A stretch of 64,000 nucleotides of DNA from Candidatus Omnitrophota bacterium (GCA_030650425.1 JAUSED010000005.1:142932-206931); one strand, 5' to 3'; counted from the first letter of the stretch, positions 46,633-57,352 are shown. Numbers and translations: made by a program. The notes: generated from the sequence alone by a model not told the origin.

Positions 46633-48489
46633 ATGCCTAATATTTTTATGGATACTTACGATGTTATAGTTATCGGCGCTGGGCACGCGGGTATTGAGGC
46701 TGCTTTAGCTTCGGCTCGCTTAGGCTGCAAGACGCTTATGTTGACGATGGATATTCATTCCATCGGCCGGATGAGTTGTAATCCGGCAATCGGCGGAGTA
46801 GGGAAGGGACAATTAGTTAAGGAAGTCGATGCCTTGGGCGGTCAAATGGGCCTGGCAGCAGATGCCTGCGGCATCCAATTCAGGATACTTAATGCCTCTA
46901 AAGGCCGGGCAGTACAGTCATCGCGCGCTCAGATTGATATGCATAGATATAACCAGTATATGCAAGAACTGGTTATGCATACTGCTAACCTGGAAATTAA
47001 GGAAGCGGAAGTTAAAAGATTAATCGTTCAAGAAGATCGCGTAAGGGGGGTACTTACTTCTAGGGGGGAAGAGATAGAAGCCAGCACGGTAATTATTGCG
47101 CCCGGGACTTTTTTAGATGGATTAATTCATGTAGGTTTAAAACACTTTAGCGCGGGGCGCCTTAACGAGCCTGCTGCCAGCGGCTTAGGCGATCACCTAA
47201 AGGCATTAGGGTTTGGAGTCTTAAGGTTTAAAACCGGGACCTGCCCGCGTTTGGATAAAAATACGATTAATTATTCCAAGTTGATTATCCAGTATGGCGA
47301 TACAAACCCTAAGCCTTTTTCTTTTGCGACGGATAAGCTTAGCCAAAAACAAATCCCCTGTCATCTAACTTATACCAATCAAGAGACGCATAAAATAATT
47401 TTAGAGAATCTGGATAGATCGCCGCTTTATACCGGCCTAATCAAGGCCACCGGCGTGCGCTACTGTCCTTCCATCGAGGATAAGATCGTCAGGTTCAAAG
47501 ACAAAGAGAGGCATCAGATATTTTTAGAGCCGCAGGGACTGGATACGCATGAAGTTTATCCCAACGGAATTTCTACAAGTTTACCTGAAGATCTCCAGCT
47601 TAAAATAATCCATTCCATCGAGGGGCTCCAAAACGCGAAAGTCATCCGTTATGGTTACGGGATAGAATACAGTATGGTAGAACCTACGCAGTTATATCCT
47701 ACGTTGGAAACAAAGAGGATTAAAAATTTATATCTGGCCGGCCAGATTAACGGGACTACCGGTTACGAAGAAGCAGCTGCTCAAGGTTTAGTCGCCGGGA
47801 TTAACGCGGTTTTAAAAGTTAAAAATAAAGAACCGCTGGTTTTGGACCGCTCTTCCAGTTATATCGGAGTCTTAATCGATGACCTGACCACTAAAGGCAC
47901 GAATGAGCCTTACCGGATGTTTACTTCGCGCGTGGAATACCGCCTGATTTTACGCGAAGATAACGCGGATACGCGTTTAAGTAAGCTTGGCGCAGCGATA
48001 GGATTATTGAGCGAGGAACGTTACGCATTAACCCAGAAAAAAATAAAAGAGATTGAAAGAGGGATAAAATTACTGAAAAACACCAGAATAAAACCTACTA
48101 CGGAGGTTAACGCAGTATTGAGCCGGTTGAATTCTTCTTTGCTGAAAAGAGAGGCAACTTTGGAAGAACTACTCAAGCGGCCGCAGATTGGTTTAGCGGA
48201 TATTCGCAGTTTGGCTAAATTTACTATTGCGCAAGAGGTGGAAATCGAGGTAAAATATAGCGGATTTATCCAGCGCCAGCTCAAGGACGTAGAAAAATTT
48301 AAAAACCTGGAGAAAATAAAGATTCCTGTTTTAATTGATTATGCAATTATTCCCAGCCTCTCGCGCGAGATTAAAGAGAAACTGGGGAAATTTAAACCGC
48401 TTAATTTAGGGCAGGCTTCCCGCATATCCGGGGTAACTCCGGTAGCAATCTCAATTTTAATGATTTATTTAAGGAAACTCAATGGATAA
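46633..48489 (+). CDS. mnmG: tRNA uridine 5-carboxymethylaminomethyl modification enzyme (start may be 46648)
   Basis: IGAGHAG, MSCNPAIGG, RFKTGT, RYCPSIEDK, AGQINGTTGYEEAAAQG. Confidence 0.97.
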   Translation: MPNIFMDTYDVIVIGAGHAGIEAALASARLGCKTLMLTMDIHSIGRMSCNPAIGGVGKGQLVKEVDALGGQMGLAADACGIQFRILNASKGRAVQSSRAQIDMHRYNQYMQELVMHTANLEIKEAEVKRLIVQEDRVRGVLTSRGEEIEASTVIIAPGTFLDGLIHVGLKHFSAGRLNEPAASGLGDHLKALGFGVLRFKTGTCPRLDKNTINYSKLIIQYGDTNPKPFSFATDKLSQKQIPCHLTYTNQETHKIILENLDRSPLYTGLIKATGVRYCPSIEDKIVRFKDKERHQIFLEPQGLDTHEVYPNGISTSLPEDLQLKIIHSIEGLQNAKVIRYGYGIEYSMVEPTQLYPTLETKRIKNLYLAGQINGTTGYEEAAAQGLVAGINAVLKVKNKEPLVLDRSSSYIGVLIDDLTTKGTNEPYRMFTSRVEYRLILREDNADTRLSKLGAAIGLLSEERYALTQKKIKEIERGIKLLKNTRIKPTTEVNAVLSRLNSSLLKREATLEELLKRPQIGLADIRSLAKFTIAQEVEIEVKYSGFIQRQLKDVEKFKNLEKIKIPVLIDYAIIPSLSREIKEKLGKFKPLNLGQASRISGVTPVAISILMIYLRKLNG

Positions 48490-49150
48490 AAATAAGAATT
48501 ACGTTGGTTTAAAGAAATTCGCCCAGAGCCAAGGAATAGATTTATTCGGCGTGGCGGATATTCAAAGCGTAAAAAATGATTTTAAGTTATCGGAAAACTT
48601 GCTTTCTGAGTTGGATAAAGCGCTTTGTTTAGGGATGAGGCTTGCGCAAAGTATTTTAGCTGAAATTTCAAACGCGCCCACGCGGCTTTATTTCCACCAT
48701 TACCGGACAGTGAACGCGGCTTTAGATCAAGCAGCCTTAAAGACCGCTAACTTTATACAAAATAAGGGATTTAGGGCGCTTCCGATTCCCGCCTCGATCA
48801 TCCTGGATTGGGAAAATCAAACAGCGCACCTCTCGCATAAGAAGCTTGGGGTTTTCGCCGGTCTTGGCTGGATAGGAAGGAATAATCTGCTGGTGAATAA
48901 AAAAATAGGGAGCCAATTCAGGCTGGCCACGATCCTGACGGATATGCCTCTAAAGCTTGACCAGCCGGTTAAAGAAGATTGCGGAAACTGCCGTTTATGT
49001 GTTAATATATGTCCTGCGCAGGCAATTAAAGATAAGCCGGCTGATTTTGGCCACATTAAGTGTTTTGATAAACTGAAAGAATTCCAGAAGAATAAATTGG
49101 TGGATCAGTATATCTGCGGTGTCTGCGTCAATGTCTGTAAGAGTAAATAA
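48482..49150 (+). CDS. QueG-like 4Fe-4S protein (epoxyqueuosine reductase family)
   Basis: SHK..AGLGWIGRNNL; CGNCRLCVNICP; CGVCVNVC. Confidence 0.75.
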   Translation: MDKNKNYVGLKKFAQSQGIDLFGVADIQSVKNDFKLSENLLSELDKALCLGMRLAQSILAEISNAPTRLYFHHYRTVNAALDQAALKTANFIQNKGFRALPIPASIILDWENQTAHLSHKKLGVFAGLGWIGRNNLLVNKKIGSQFRLATILTDMPLKLDQPVKEDCGNCRLCVNICPAQAIKDKPADFGHIKCFDKLKEFQKNKLVDQYICGVCVNVCKSK

Positions 49151-49153
49151 TCT

Positions 49154-49624
49154 ATGGCTGATTTATATCTGACTAAAAAAGGGCATCAAAAGTTAGTTGA
49201 AGAGCTGGAGTATTTAAAGACAACTAAGCGCAGGCAGCTTTCTAAAGCTATAGGCGAGGCTCGGGCCCACGGTGATATATCCGAGAATGCCGAGTATGAC
49301 GCGGCCAAGGATGCCCAAGGGATGAATGAAAAAAGGATCGCCGAGCTGGAGCAGAAGCTTTCTTCGGCCCGCATTCTCGATGAGAATATCTCTTCGGATG
49401 AGGTTTTAATCGGCGCGAAGGTTAAACTCAAGGATTTAGCTACGGGTGAAGAATTAGAATACACACTTGTTTCGGGTGAAGAAGCAAATTACGAGGAGAA
49501 CAAGATTTCCATTGCTTCTCCTATTGGCAGCGCCCTGCTGAACCATAAGATTAACGAAGTAGTCGAGATTAAGATTCCCGCCGGCATGATCAAGTATAAA
49601 ATCCTCAAAATATCCAGAGATTAA
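49154..49624 (+). CDS. greA: Transcription elongation factor GreA
   Basis: ARAHGDISENAEYDAAK; ISIASPIGSALL. Confidence 0.97.
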   Translation: MADLYLTKKGHQKLVEELEYLKTTKRRQLSKAIGEARAHGDISENAEYDAAKDAQGMNEKRIAELEQKLSSARILDENISSDEVLIGAKVKLKDLATGEELEYTLVSGEEANYEENKISIASPIGSALLNHKINEVVEIKIPAGMIKYKILKISRD

Positions 49625-49627
49625 ACC

Positions 49628-49656
49628 TTGACCCCCCTATCAATTTGCGGTAAGAT
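49628..49656 (+). promoter_or_regulatory. Probable sigma70 promoter of the Lrp gene
   Basis: TTGACC, 17 bp, TAAGAT. Confidence 0.6.
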
Positions 49657-49711
49657 TACTTATTAATTATAAATTGTCGGTAGTTAATCCTTTTAGAGAA
49701 AGTGAGGGAAA

Positions 49712-50197
49712 ATGGAAGAGATATTGGAGATATTGGAAAAAGACGGCCGGATTACTCCCGAAGAAATAGCCAAGATGCTCAAGAAGAAGCCGGAAGAGGT
49801 GAAAGCGGCGATTAAGAAATACGAAAAAGAGGGCGTGATCTTAAAGTATAAGGCGGTAATCAATAAAGATTTAGTGAAAAGCGAGGATTCCAGCGTCCGG
49901 GCGCTCATCGAAGTGAGTATTATCCCGCAGAAAGACGCTGGCTTTGATAAGCTTGCCGAGAGGATTTATTCGTTTCCTGAGGTTTCCAGCTGTTATCTTA
50001 TTTCAGGCACCTATGACCTTTTGGTGATTGTGGAAGGCAGGAATATCCATACGGTTTCCAGTTTTGTCGCCGAGAAACTCTCCTGTTTGGAAAATGTCCG
50101 CAGGACAACCACGCATTTCTTGCTCAAAAAATATAAGGAAGACGGCGTGATTCTGAAGCAAAAAGAAGAGAATAAGAGGATAGCGATATCGTATTGA
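49712..50197 (+). CDS. Lrp/AsnC-family transcriptional regulator
   Basis: ILEKDGR HTH; FPEVSSCYLISGTYDL. Confidence 0.9.
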   Translation: MEEILEILEKDGRITPEEIAKMLKKKPEEVKAAIKKYEKEGVILKYKAVINKDLVKSEDSSVRALIEVSIIPQKDAGFDKLAERIYSFPEVSSCYLISGTYDLLVIVEGRNIHTVSSFVAEKLSCLENVRRTTTHFLLKKYKEDGVILKQKEENKRIAISY

Positions 50198-50211
50198 AAA
50201 CCAATCAACAG

Positions 50212-50315
50212 TAGGGGCGCTTTCCACTAAACAGAAGGGGACACTTTCCTTTTGAGGCTTTTATTAGAGCCCTGACGGAAAGTGTCCCCTACTAAGGTTT
50301 AGAAAGTATCCTCTA
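50212..50315. repeat. Nested REP-like palindromes
   Basis: taggggcgctttc...gaaagtatcctcta encloses aggggacactttcc...ggaaagtgtcccct. Confidence 0.75.
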
Positions 50316-50322
50316 GAATATT

Positions 50323-51477
50323 ATGCAAAATATTATTTCTAAAAAAGTAGAACGCATACAGCCATCGGGTATCCGGGCATTTTTTGATTTAGTGCTCGGG
50401 ATGAAGGAGGTTATCTCTTTAGGTGTTGGAGAACCGGATTTTGTCACGCCTTGGGCTATCCGCGAGGCGGGCATCTATTCGCTGGAACAGGGCCTTACCA
50501 GCTATACCTCAAATAAGGGCTTATATAAGTTACGCCTAGGGCTCTCCCGCTATCTAAAGACGAAATATAATCTTGACTATTCTCCCGATGACGAAATATT
50601 GATCACTGTGGGAGTAAGCGAAGGCGTAGACTTAGCCTTAAGGACGATCATCAACCCGCAAGATAAAATAATTATTCCTCAACCGAGCTACGTCTCTTAT
50701 GGCCCGGTCACAGAATTAGCCGGAGGCATACCTATATATATCGATACCACAAAAGATAATTTCAAGCTTACTCCTGAAAAACTAGAAAAGGTGATTGATA
50801 AGAGAACTAGGGGCATCATCTTAAATTACCCGACTAACCCTACCGGAGTTTCGTATCGCTATAAGGAGTTGGAGGCTTTGAATAAAATCATATTAAAACA
50901 TAAGCTCATTTGTTTCTCAGATGAAGTTTATGGTGACCTGACCTATGATTTTAACCACGTTTCTTTCCCTACCTTGCCGGGCGCAAAGAGGAATACCGTC
51001 TATCTTAACGGATTTTCTAAGACCTTCGCGATGACCGGATGGCGCGTGGGATTTGCCTGCGGCCCGAAAGAGATTATCGCGGGGATGACTAAAATCCATC
51101 AATACACGATTATGTGCGTTCCTATAACCAGTCAAATGGCTGCGGCTGAAGCGCTGGTGAGCGGAAAAAAATCCGTAGAAGAAATGAAACGGGAATACCG
51201 CCGTCGCCGCGAGTTTGTGGTGGAAGAGCTTAACCAAGCGGGGCTAACCTGTAATAAGCCGGATGGCGCGTTTTACGCGTTCCCATCCATCAAGAAAACC
51301 GGATTAAGCTCTTTAGAGTTTTCTCAAAATTTACTTAAAGAAGAGAAGGTCGCCGTGGTTCCGGGAACTGCCTTTGGTTCCTGCGGGGAAGGTTATTTAA
51401 GGATTTCTTACGCTTCCAGTATGGATAATCTGAAAGAGGCGTTGCGTAGGATCAAGAAGTTTTTAGATAAGAGTTAA
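50323..51477 (+). CDS. Class I/II PLP-dependent aminotransferase
   Basis: SLGVGEPDF, YPTNPTG, SDEVY, GFSKTFAMTGWRVG, LRISYA. Confidence 0.92.
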   Translation: MQNIISKKVERIQPSGIRAFFDLVLGMKEVISLGVGEPDFVTPWAIREAGIYSLEQGLTSYTSNKGLYKLRLGLSRYLKTKYNLDYSPDDEILITVGVSEGVDLALRTIINPQDKIIIPQPSYVSYGPVTELAGGIPIYIDTTKDNFKLTPEKLEKVIDKRTRGIILNYPTNPTGVSYRYKELEALNKIILKHKLICFSDEVYGDLTYDFNHVSFPTLPGAKRNTVYLNGFSKTFAMTGWRVGFACGPKEIIAGMTKIHQYTIMCVPITSQMAAAEALVSGKKSVEEMKREYRRRREFVVEELNQAGLTCNKPDGAFYAFPSIKKTGLSSLEFSQNLLKEEKVAVVPGTAFGSCGEGYLRISYASSMDNLKEALRRIKKFLDKS

Positions 51478-51479
51478 TA

Positions 51480-52205
51480 ATGGCTAAAACCAAGACAGAT
51501 CATTATGAGGTTTACATCAAGCAGATCGAGGCGCTGGCCAAGGTAGCTAACCTGATTAATTCGGGGATGTATCTTGAAGAACTGCTGCGTTTGATCGTGC
51601 AGGTAACTGCCGAGATCATGAACTCCAAGATTTCTTCGCTGATGCTGCTTGACCCGGCTAAAAATGAATTGGTAGTTAGGGCAACGCAATCCATTTCCGA
51701 GGCCTATAACAAAAAACCGAATATAAAGCTAGGCGAAGGGATTGCCGGTATTGTTGCTCAAGAGAACAAGCCGCTCTGCGTTTTGGATGTCCGAGAAGAC
51801 AGCCGTTATTTAAACCGCGATATTGCTAAAAAAGAAAGACTTTATTCACTGGCCTGCGTGCCGCTTGCGGTTAAGGGGAGGGTTATCGGTGTATTAAACT
51901 GTTATACTTCCAAAAAGCATATATTCTCTAAACATGAACTAGATCTGCTTAGCGCGCTGGCAAATCAGGCTGCGATTGCTATTGAAAACGCCGAGCTGGA
52001 TTTACGGGCGCGCTCTGCCGAAGAGGCTTTGACTACCCGTAAACTAGTTGAACGGGCAAAAGAGATCTTATCGCAAGAGGCGAATATTTTGCCTGCGGAG
52101 GCGTACAGGTTGATTCAGAAGCAGAGTATGGACTCGCGTAAGTCCATGCGCGAGGTGGCTGAGGCGATTATTTTAGCCAAGGATATTAGGGCTAAGAAAC
52201 CATAA
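51480..52205 (+). CDS. GAF + ANTAR domain RNA-binding antiterminator
   Basis: GAF (GEGIAG, CVPL..IGVL, LANQAAIAIEN); ANTAR (RKLVERAKEIL..EAYRLIQKQSMD.RKSMREVAEAII). Confidence 0.9.
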   Translation: MAKTKTDHYEVYIKQIEALAKVANLINSGMYLEELLRLIVQVTAEIMNSKISSLMLLDPAKNELVVRATQSISEAYNKKPNIKLGEGIAGIVAQENKPLCVLDVREDSRYLNRDIAKKERLYSLACVPLAVKGRVIGVLNCYTSKKHIFSKHELDLLSALANQAAIAIENAELDLRARSAEEALTTRKLVERAKEILSQEANILPAEAYRLIQKQSMDSRKSMREVAEAIILAKDIRAKKP

Positions 52206-52268
52206 TAGGATAACGGATGATGGATTATGGATTGTGGATAAATGAATTCGTAATTTCGTAATTTAGTA

Positions 52269-52428
52269 TTGACAAGTATTAAGTTTGTGGTATACTTTAA
52301 TTGTTACAGAGATGTAGCAGTAAGACGTTGAGGTCTTCTGGGTAAGCAAGGTTACCGGAAGGCCTCGTTCATTTTATAGGACTAAGGCGTCCTTTTCCCC
52401 CAAAGAAGGGGCAGAGGGCGTTTTTTTT
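52269..52428 (+). promoter_or_regulatory. Promoter plus candidate ANTAR-regulated leader with an intrinsic terminator
   Basis: TTGACA (52269), 16 bp, TATACT; hexaloop hairpins with G4 at 52303-52318, 52322-52337 and 52379-52392; terminator 52387-52428 with T8 overlaps the last hairpin. Confidence 0.65.
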
Positions 52429-52457
52429 GCGCCTTTTTACTTAAGGGAGGCAGTAAG

Positions 52458-53252
52458 ATGAAATCAAAAGTTTTGTTTTCTCTGTTTTCTGTTCTTTGTT
52501 TTCTCCCCGCTTTTTGTTACGCCACGCCCTCAACCCTTATCTGGACGCCGTCAACGGATATCCAGCCGTATGGGAAAATACATTTAACGGTCGATAACTA
52601 TACTCCGGTAAGAAGCAGAGATCATAATGATAATCAGCTCTACGTGCAGCAGGTTTACGGCCCAACCTTTAGTTTGTTGTCGGATAAGCCGGAGGATAAT
52701 CTTTTAGGTAAACTTTGGAACCCTTTGGCTAAAATAATGGCGGAGACGGGTTTTGACTATAAAAAGGGGCTCGGTCCAACGTTAGATAAATGGCCGGTCT
52801 ATTTTCATTTTAAGGCCGGCGTTCCGGAGGACGCCTATTTTAAGTATATGCCGGCATTTGCAGTTGGAGCGTATGATCTGGGCTATAAACATAATTTTAC
52901 CAATAATAATGTCTGGTATCTACGAGGGGCAAAAACAATAAGTGCAGGTAAAGTTAATCTGGGAAGGTTTTCCGTAGGATACTTTAACGGAAACGGCAGA
53001 TTATTGCGCGACAAAAATAATGAACGCGATAATAGCGGCCTGATGCTTGCCTGGGACAGGACAATGTGCGAGATAAGCGATAAGTTATGGCTCAGCGTGG
53101 ATTATCAGGGTACGCAGTCAGCCTACGGAGCGCTGAATTATGGCTTATCCTGGAAGTTTACCAAGAATATCTCCGCGATTTTAGCTTACGATGTATATAA
53201 TAATCCAAATTTAAAGAACACGGTCACTTTCCAATTAGACGTCGATTTTTAA
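52458..53252 (+). CDS. Exported protein, possible outer-membrane beta-barrel
   Basis: Signal peptide; alternating beta-strand pattern; C-terminal Phe; first gene before amtB. Confidence 0.6.
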   Translation: MKSKVLFSLFSVLCFLPAFCYATPSTLIWTPSTDIQPYGKIHLTVDNYTPVRSRDHNDNQLYVQQVYGPTFSLLSDKPEDNLLGKLWNPLAKIMAETGFDYKKGLGPTLDKWPVYFHFKAGVPEDAYFKYMPAFAVGAYDLGYKHNFTNNNVWYLRGAKTISAGKVNLGRFSVGYFNGNGRLLRDKNNERDNSGLMLAWDRTMCEISDKLWLSVDYQGTQSAYGALNYGLSWKFTKNISAILAYDVYNNPNLKNTVTFQLDVDF

Positions 53253-53324
53253 AAAGAGGAGAAGGCACCCGGCGCTGATTTGCATTGCGCCGGTGCTGTG
53301 TTCGTACACAAGGAGGGAAGTAAA

Positions 53325-54554
53325 ATGATTAATGCGGGAGATACAGCGTGGGTTTTGATCTCATCGGCACTGGTTTTACTGATGACCCCGGCCTTGGCGT
53401 TTTTTTACGGCGGGATGGTCAGGCGTAAGAACGTCCTAAGCGTTCTGATGCAATGTTTCATTATCATGTGTGTTTTAAGTATTCATTGGGTTTTGATCGG
53501 TTATAGTATATCTTTTGCTCCGGCAAAAGGGTTTTGGGGAGGCTTGCAATGGTTGGGATTGCGTGGCGTGGGTTTAGAGCCGTATACGGATTACGCAGGC
53601 ACGATTCCGCATCAGGCGTTTATGATCTTTCAGGGGATGTTCGCGATTATTACACCGGCGCTGATTATCGGCGCTTTTGCCGAGAGAATGAAATTTTCAG
53701 CGTTTTTGGTTTTTACTCTTTTATGGGCAACTTTTGTTTATGGGCCTTTAGCACATTGGGTCTGGGGTATGGGAGGATGGCTGCGCAATATCGGAGCGCT
53801 GGATTTTGCCGGCGGGACAGTCGTACATATTAATGCCGGTATCGCGGCGTTAGTTACAGCGATAATCTTAGGAAAGAGGACCACCTTAAACAATCATATT
53901 CCCTCTCCGCACAATATGCCTTTTGTGGTTTTAGGCACAGGGCTCTTGTGGTTTGGCTGGTTTGGATTTAATGCCGGAAGCGCTTTGGCCGCAAATGGCC
54001 TGGCAGTAAATGCTTTTGTAGTGACCAATACTGCCGCCGCAGCCGCGGGCCTAAGCTGGGCTTTAATCGAATGGATACATAACGGAAAGCCTACGATATT
54101 CGGCGTATGTTCAGGAGCTGTCGCGGGCTTAGTCGCGATTACCCCTGCCGCGGGATTTGTCAACGCGATTTCCGCGATCGTCATTGGATTATTGGTAAGC
54201 GTATTCTGTTTTATCGCGGTTACCGTAGTTAAACCTAAATTCGGCTATGATGATTCTCTGGATGCGTTTGGCGTGCACTGTGTAGGCGGTATATGGGGGG
54301 CACTCGCCACTGGTTTATTTGCTTCTAAGGCAGTGAATGCCGCTGGAGCAGACGGCCTGTTTTTTGGTAATCCCAAACAGTTTTTGGTGCAACTTCTGGC
54401 CGTAGGCGTAACCATTGTTTATACTGGGATAGTTACTCTGGTTATTTATAAAATAGTTGATTTATTCATTGGTGTGAGGGTGGATGAAAAATCTGAAGCG
54501 ATGGGCCTTGATCTTACCCAGCACCACGAAAGGGCATATACGGTATTAGAATAG
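53325..54554 (+). CDS. amtB: Ammonium transporter
   Basis: [42 protein letters not shown]; RBS before ATG 53325. Confidence 0.97.
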   Translation: MINAGDTAWVLISSALVLLMTPALAFFYGGMVRRKNVLSVLMQCFIIMCVLSIHWVLIGYSISFAPAKGFWGGLQWLGLRGVGLEPYTDYAGTIPHQAFMIFQGMFAIITPALIIGAFAERMKFSAFLVFTLLWATFVYGPLAHWVWGMGGWLRNIGALDFAGGTVVHINAGIAALVTAIILGKRTTLNNHIPSPHNMPFVVLGTGLLWFGWFGFNAGSALAANGLAVNAFVVTNTAAAAAGLSWALIEWIHNGKPTIFGVCSGAVAGLVAITPAAGFVNAISAIVIGLLVSVFCFIAVTVVKPKFGYDDSLDAFGVHCVGGIWGALATGLFASKAVNAAGADGLFFGNPKQFLVQLLAVGVTIVYTGIVTLVIYKIVDLFIGVRVDEKSEAMGLDLTQHHERAYTVLE

Positions 54555-54555
54555 A

Positions 54556-54596
54556 GAAAAGGTGACAGTCACGAATTTCGTGACTGTCACCTTTTC
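54556..54596. repeat. REP-like palindrome (same family as 36221-36263)
   Basis: gaaaaggtgacagtcacga-att-tcgtgactgtcaccttttc. Confidence 0.85.
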
Positions 54597-54609
54597 CAGG
54601 GGAGGAAAG

Positions 54610-54951
54610 ATGAAACTTATCATTGCGATCATCCAGCCGCACAGATTAGAAGAAGTAAAGGAGGAGTTATATAAGGCAGAAATTAATTTGATTACCGTAA
54701 GTGAGGTTTTGGGCCATGGCCGCCAGAAAGGCGTTACCGAATTCTACCGCGGGCACAAAGAAACAGGAAACCTGTTAAGGAAGATTCGTCTAGAAATTGC
54801 CGTAAATGATAATTTTACTGAACCGACGATTAAGGCAATTATGAAAGGGGCGAAGACCGGTTCCACCGGTGATGGGAAGATCTTTGTTCTAGACCTAAAA
54901 GACTGCGTGCGTATCCGTACCGAAGAACGCGGCGCAACGGCTATTGGGTAA
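54610..54951 (+). CDS. glnK: P-II nitrogen regulatory protein
   Basis: [33 protein letters not shown]; adjacent to amtB; GGAGG RBS. Confidence 0.9.
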   Translation: MKLIIAIIQPHRLEEVKEELYKAEINLITVSEVLGHGRQKGVTEFYRGHKETGNLLRKIRLEIAVNDNFTEPTIKAIMKGAKTGSTGDGKIFVLDLKDCVRIRTEERGATAIG

Positions 54952-55090
54952 ATATGGTTACCAAAGCTAATCTTTTTTTACTTGTATGATTGACGATAGA
55001 TTGAAAGCTAGGGAAGCAAAAAGAATGCCTCTGTTATTTTTTTAGGGATTGTGTTATAATACAACCATTAAAATAGGCAAGGAGGAAGAA

Positions 55091-57283
55091 ATGAGTATAA
55101 GACAAAAAGTACTGTTTAAGATTAGAAGTATTGAGTTGGCCAAAATCGAAACGCCTAAGAAAGTATCTGCTTATTTCGGCGAGAATACCTTTAGTATGGA
55201 GGCTATGCAGAAGCATATTTCCAAGGATACTTTTGAAGCTTTTAAGACCTGGATGTCTGAAGGCAAGACGATTACTTTAGAGCAGGCGAATGAAATTGCC
55301 AACGCGATGAAGGATTGGGCGATGGCTAAAGGCGCCAGCTATTATACTCACTGGTTTCAGCCGATGACCGGCCTGACCGCGGAGAAACACGATAGTTTTA
55401 TCTCGATTACCGGACCGGGGAAAGTAATTGAAAAGTTTTCCGGAAATAAATTAATTCAAGGTGAACCTGATGCCTCCAGTTTTCCTTCAGGCGGGATCCG
55501 CGCTACCTTTGAAGCGCGTGGTTATACTGCCTGGGATCCTTCCAGCCCCGCGTTTATCATCGAGAGTAAACTCGGTAAAACCCTGTGTATCCCGACCATC
55601 TTTATTTCTTATCACGGCGAGGCCTTGGACAAGAAGTTGCCGCTTTTACGTTCTGACGAGGCATTAAATAAAGCAGCTTTGGGATTATTAAAGCTTTTCG
55701 GTCATAAAGATATCAAGAAAGTATTTTCCACCTGCGGCCCGGAGCAGGAATATTTCCTGATCGATAAGAATTACTATAATCTGCGCCAAGATTTAGTGAT
55801 GACCGGCAGGACTTTAATCGGGGCGCCTTCGCCTAAGGGCCAGCAGTTGGAAGACCAGTATTTTGGAACGATCAAAGAGCGGGTGGTCAATTTTATGTTT
55901 GAGGTAGCCGAGGAAGCATATAAGTTAGGCATACCTGTAATGACCCGGCATAATGAAGTCGCTCCGCACCAGTATGAATTTGCCCCTATTTTCGAAGAGT
56001 CAAATATAGCCGCGGACCACAATCAGCTTTTAATGGAGCTGATGAAGAAAGTTGCTTTAAGGCATGATATGGTCTGTCTTTTACATGAGAAACCCTTTGC
56101 CGGAATAAACGGCAGCGGAAAACACTTGAATTGGTCACTTGCCGATGACAAGGGGAACAATTTGCTTAATCCGGGTCAAACTCCGGAAGACAATTTACAG
56201 TTTCTGGCGGTGTTAGCCGCGGTTTTACGCGCGGTGCACACGCATGCCGATCTCTTGCGCGCCTCAGTGGCGATGGCGGGGAATGAACATCGTTTAGGTG
56301 CCAATGAAGCTCCGCCGGCAATTATCAGCGTATTCTTGGGAGAACAGCTGACCGGGATCCTGAATATGATTGAAAAAGGGGCAAAGTCCAAAGTTTCTAA
56401 GGGCGATATTATCGATTTGGGGATCGGCCGGCTCCCTAAATTTAACAAAGATACGACTGACCGGAACCGCACCTCGCCTTTTGCCTTTACCGGAGCAAAG
56501 TTTGAATTCCGCGCGGTGGGTTCCTCCCAGAATATTTCCACGCCTATCACGGTAATTAATACGGTTATTGCCGAAAGCCTTGATTATGTCGCTGGGAAGA
56601 TTAAAGCAGAATCCAACGGGAAGGATTTTAATGCCGCGGCCCTCAAGGTTATCTCTGAAATAGTTAAAGAAACAAAAGATATTCGTTTTGAAGGGAATAA
56701 TTACGCTGAGGAATGGATAAAAGAGGCAAAGAAGCGCAAGCTTCCTAATGTGGCTTCTACTTATGAGGCCTTGGAAGCTTTAACTAAAGAAAAGAATATT
56801 TCGCTTTTTGAGAAATATAAAGTCTTTTCCAAAGAAGAACTGATTGCCCGTTACCATATTTGGATTCACATGTACAACTTGACGCTTGAGATCGAGGCAA
56901 ATACCTTAAAAGAAATGGTTAATGCTTCGGTTGTCCCGGCGGGTTACGAGTATGAAAAGCTGCTGGCCGGTACTTTACATGAGTTAAACAACCTTAAGAA
57001 ATCAGCCGGCCTTAAGCTGGACTTAGCCGCGTTAAAAGACAAGAAGGAGCATCTTGCTGAGATTGTTGCCAAAATTTACTATGTCAGGCGTAATACCTTA
57101 GAGATGGATAAGCTGTTGGATAAAGCTAAAGAATTAAGCAATGAAAAACGCGCTGAAATTTACTTTAAAGAATTAAAGCCTTTGATGGAGCATATCAGAA
57201 AGCACGTGGATCAACTGGAGTGCGTAGTTTCTGATGACGCTTGGGATTTACCTAAATATCGCGAGATGCTGTTTATAAAATAA
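55091..57283 (+). CDS. glnA: Glutamine synthetase type III
   Basis: THWFQPMTG.TAEKHDSF, QGEPDASSFPSGG, GPEQEYFL, HNEVAPHQ, DRNRTSPFAFTG. Confidence 0.93.
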   Translation: MSIRQKVLFKIRSIELAKIETPKKVSAYFGENTFSMEAMQKHISKDTFEAFKTWMSEGKTITLEQANEIANAMKDWAMAKGASYYTHWFQPMTGLTAEKHDSFISITGPGKVIEKFSGNKLIQGEPDASSFPSGGIRATFEARGYTAWDPSSPAFIIESKLGKTLCIPTIFISYHGEALDKKLPLLRSDEALNKAALGLLKLFGHKDIKKVFSTCGPEQEYFLIDKNYYNLRQDLVMTGRTLIGAPSPKGQQLEDQYFGTIKERVVNFMFEVAEEAYKLGIPVMTRHNEVAPHQYEFAPIFEESNIAADHNQLLMELMKKVALRHDMVCLLHEKPFAGINGSGKHLNWSLADDKGNNLLNPGQTPEDNLQFLAVLAAVLRAVHTHADLLRASVAMAGNEHRLGANEAPPAIISVFLGEQLTGILNMIEKGAKSKVSKGDIIDLGIGRLPKFNKDTTDRNRTSPFAFTGAKFEFRAVGSSQNISTPITVINTVIAESLDYVAGKIKAESNGKDFNAAALKVISEIVKETKDIRFEGNNYAEEWIKEAKKRKLPNVASTYEALEALTKEKNISLFEKYKVFSKEELIARYHIWIHMYNLTLEIEANTLKEMVNASVVPAGYEYEKLLAGTLHELNNLKKSAGLKLDLAALKDKKEHLAEIVAKIYYVRRNTLEMDKLLDKAKELSNEKRAEIYFKELKPLMEHIRKHVDQLECVVSDDAWDLPKYREMLFIK

Positions 57284-57297
57284 GATAGTGAATCTCA

Positions 57298-57346
57298 AGG
57301 GGACACTTTCCAACAAGTAGTTAACGCTCGTAGGAAAATGTCCCCT
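57298..57346. repeat. REP-like palindrome (ggggacactttcc family)
   Basis: aggggacactttcc...ggaaaatgtcccct; near-identical copy at 28210. Confidence 0.85.
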
Positions 57347-57352
57347 ACTGCT

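Noticed and set aside
52321-52375. Glutamine (glnA) riboswitch
   Set aside because: The context fits, but the conserved glnA-motif core could not be matched by eye; the ANTAR-type layout fits better. An Rfam scan would decide.
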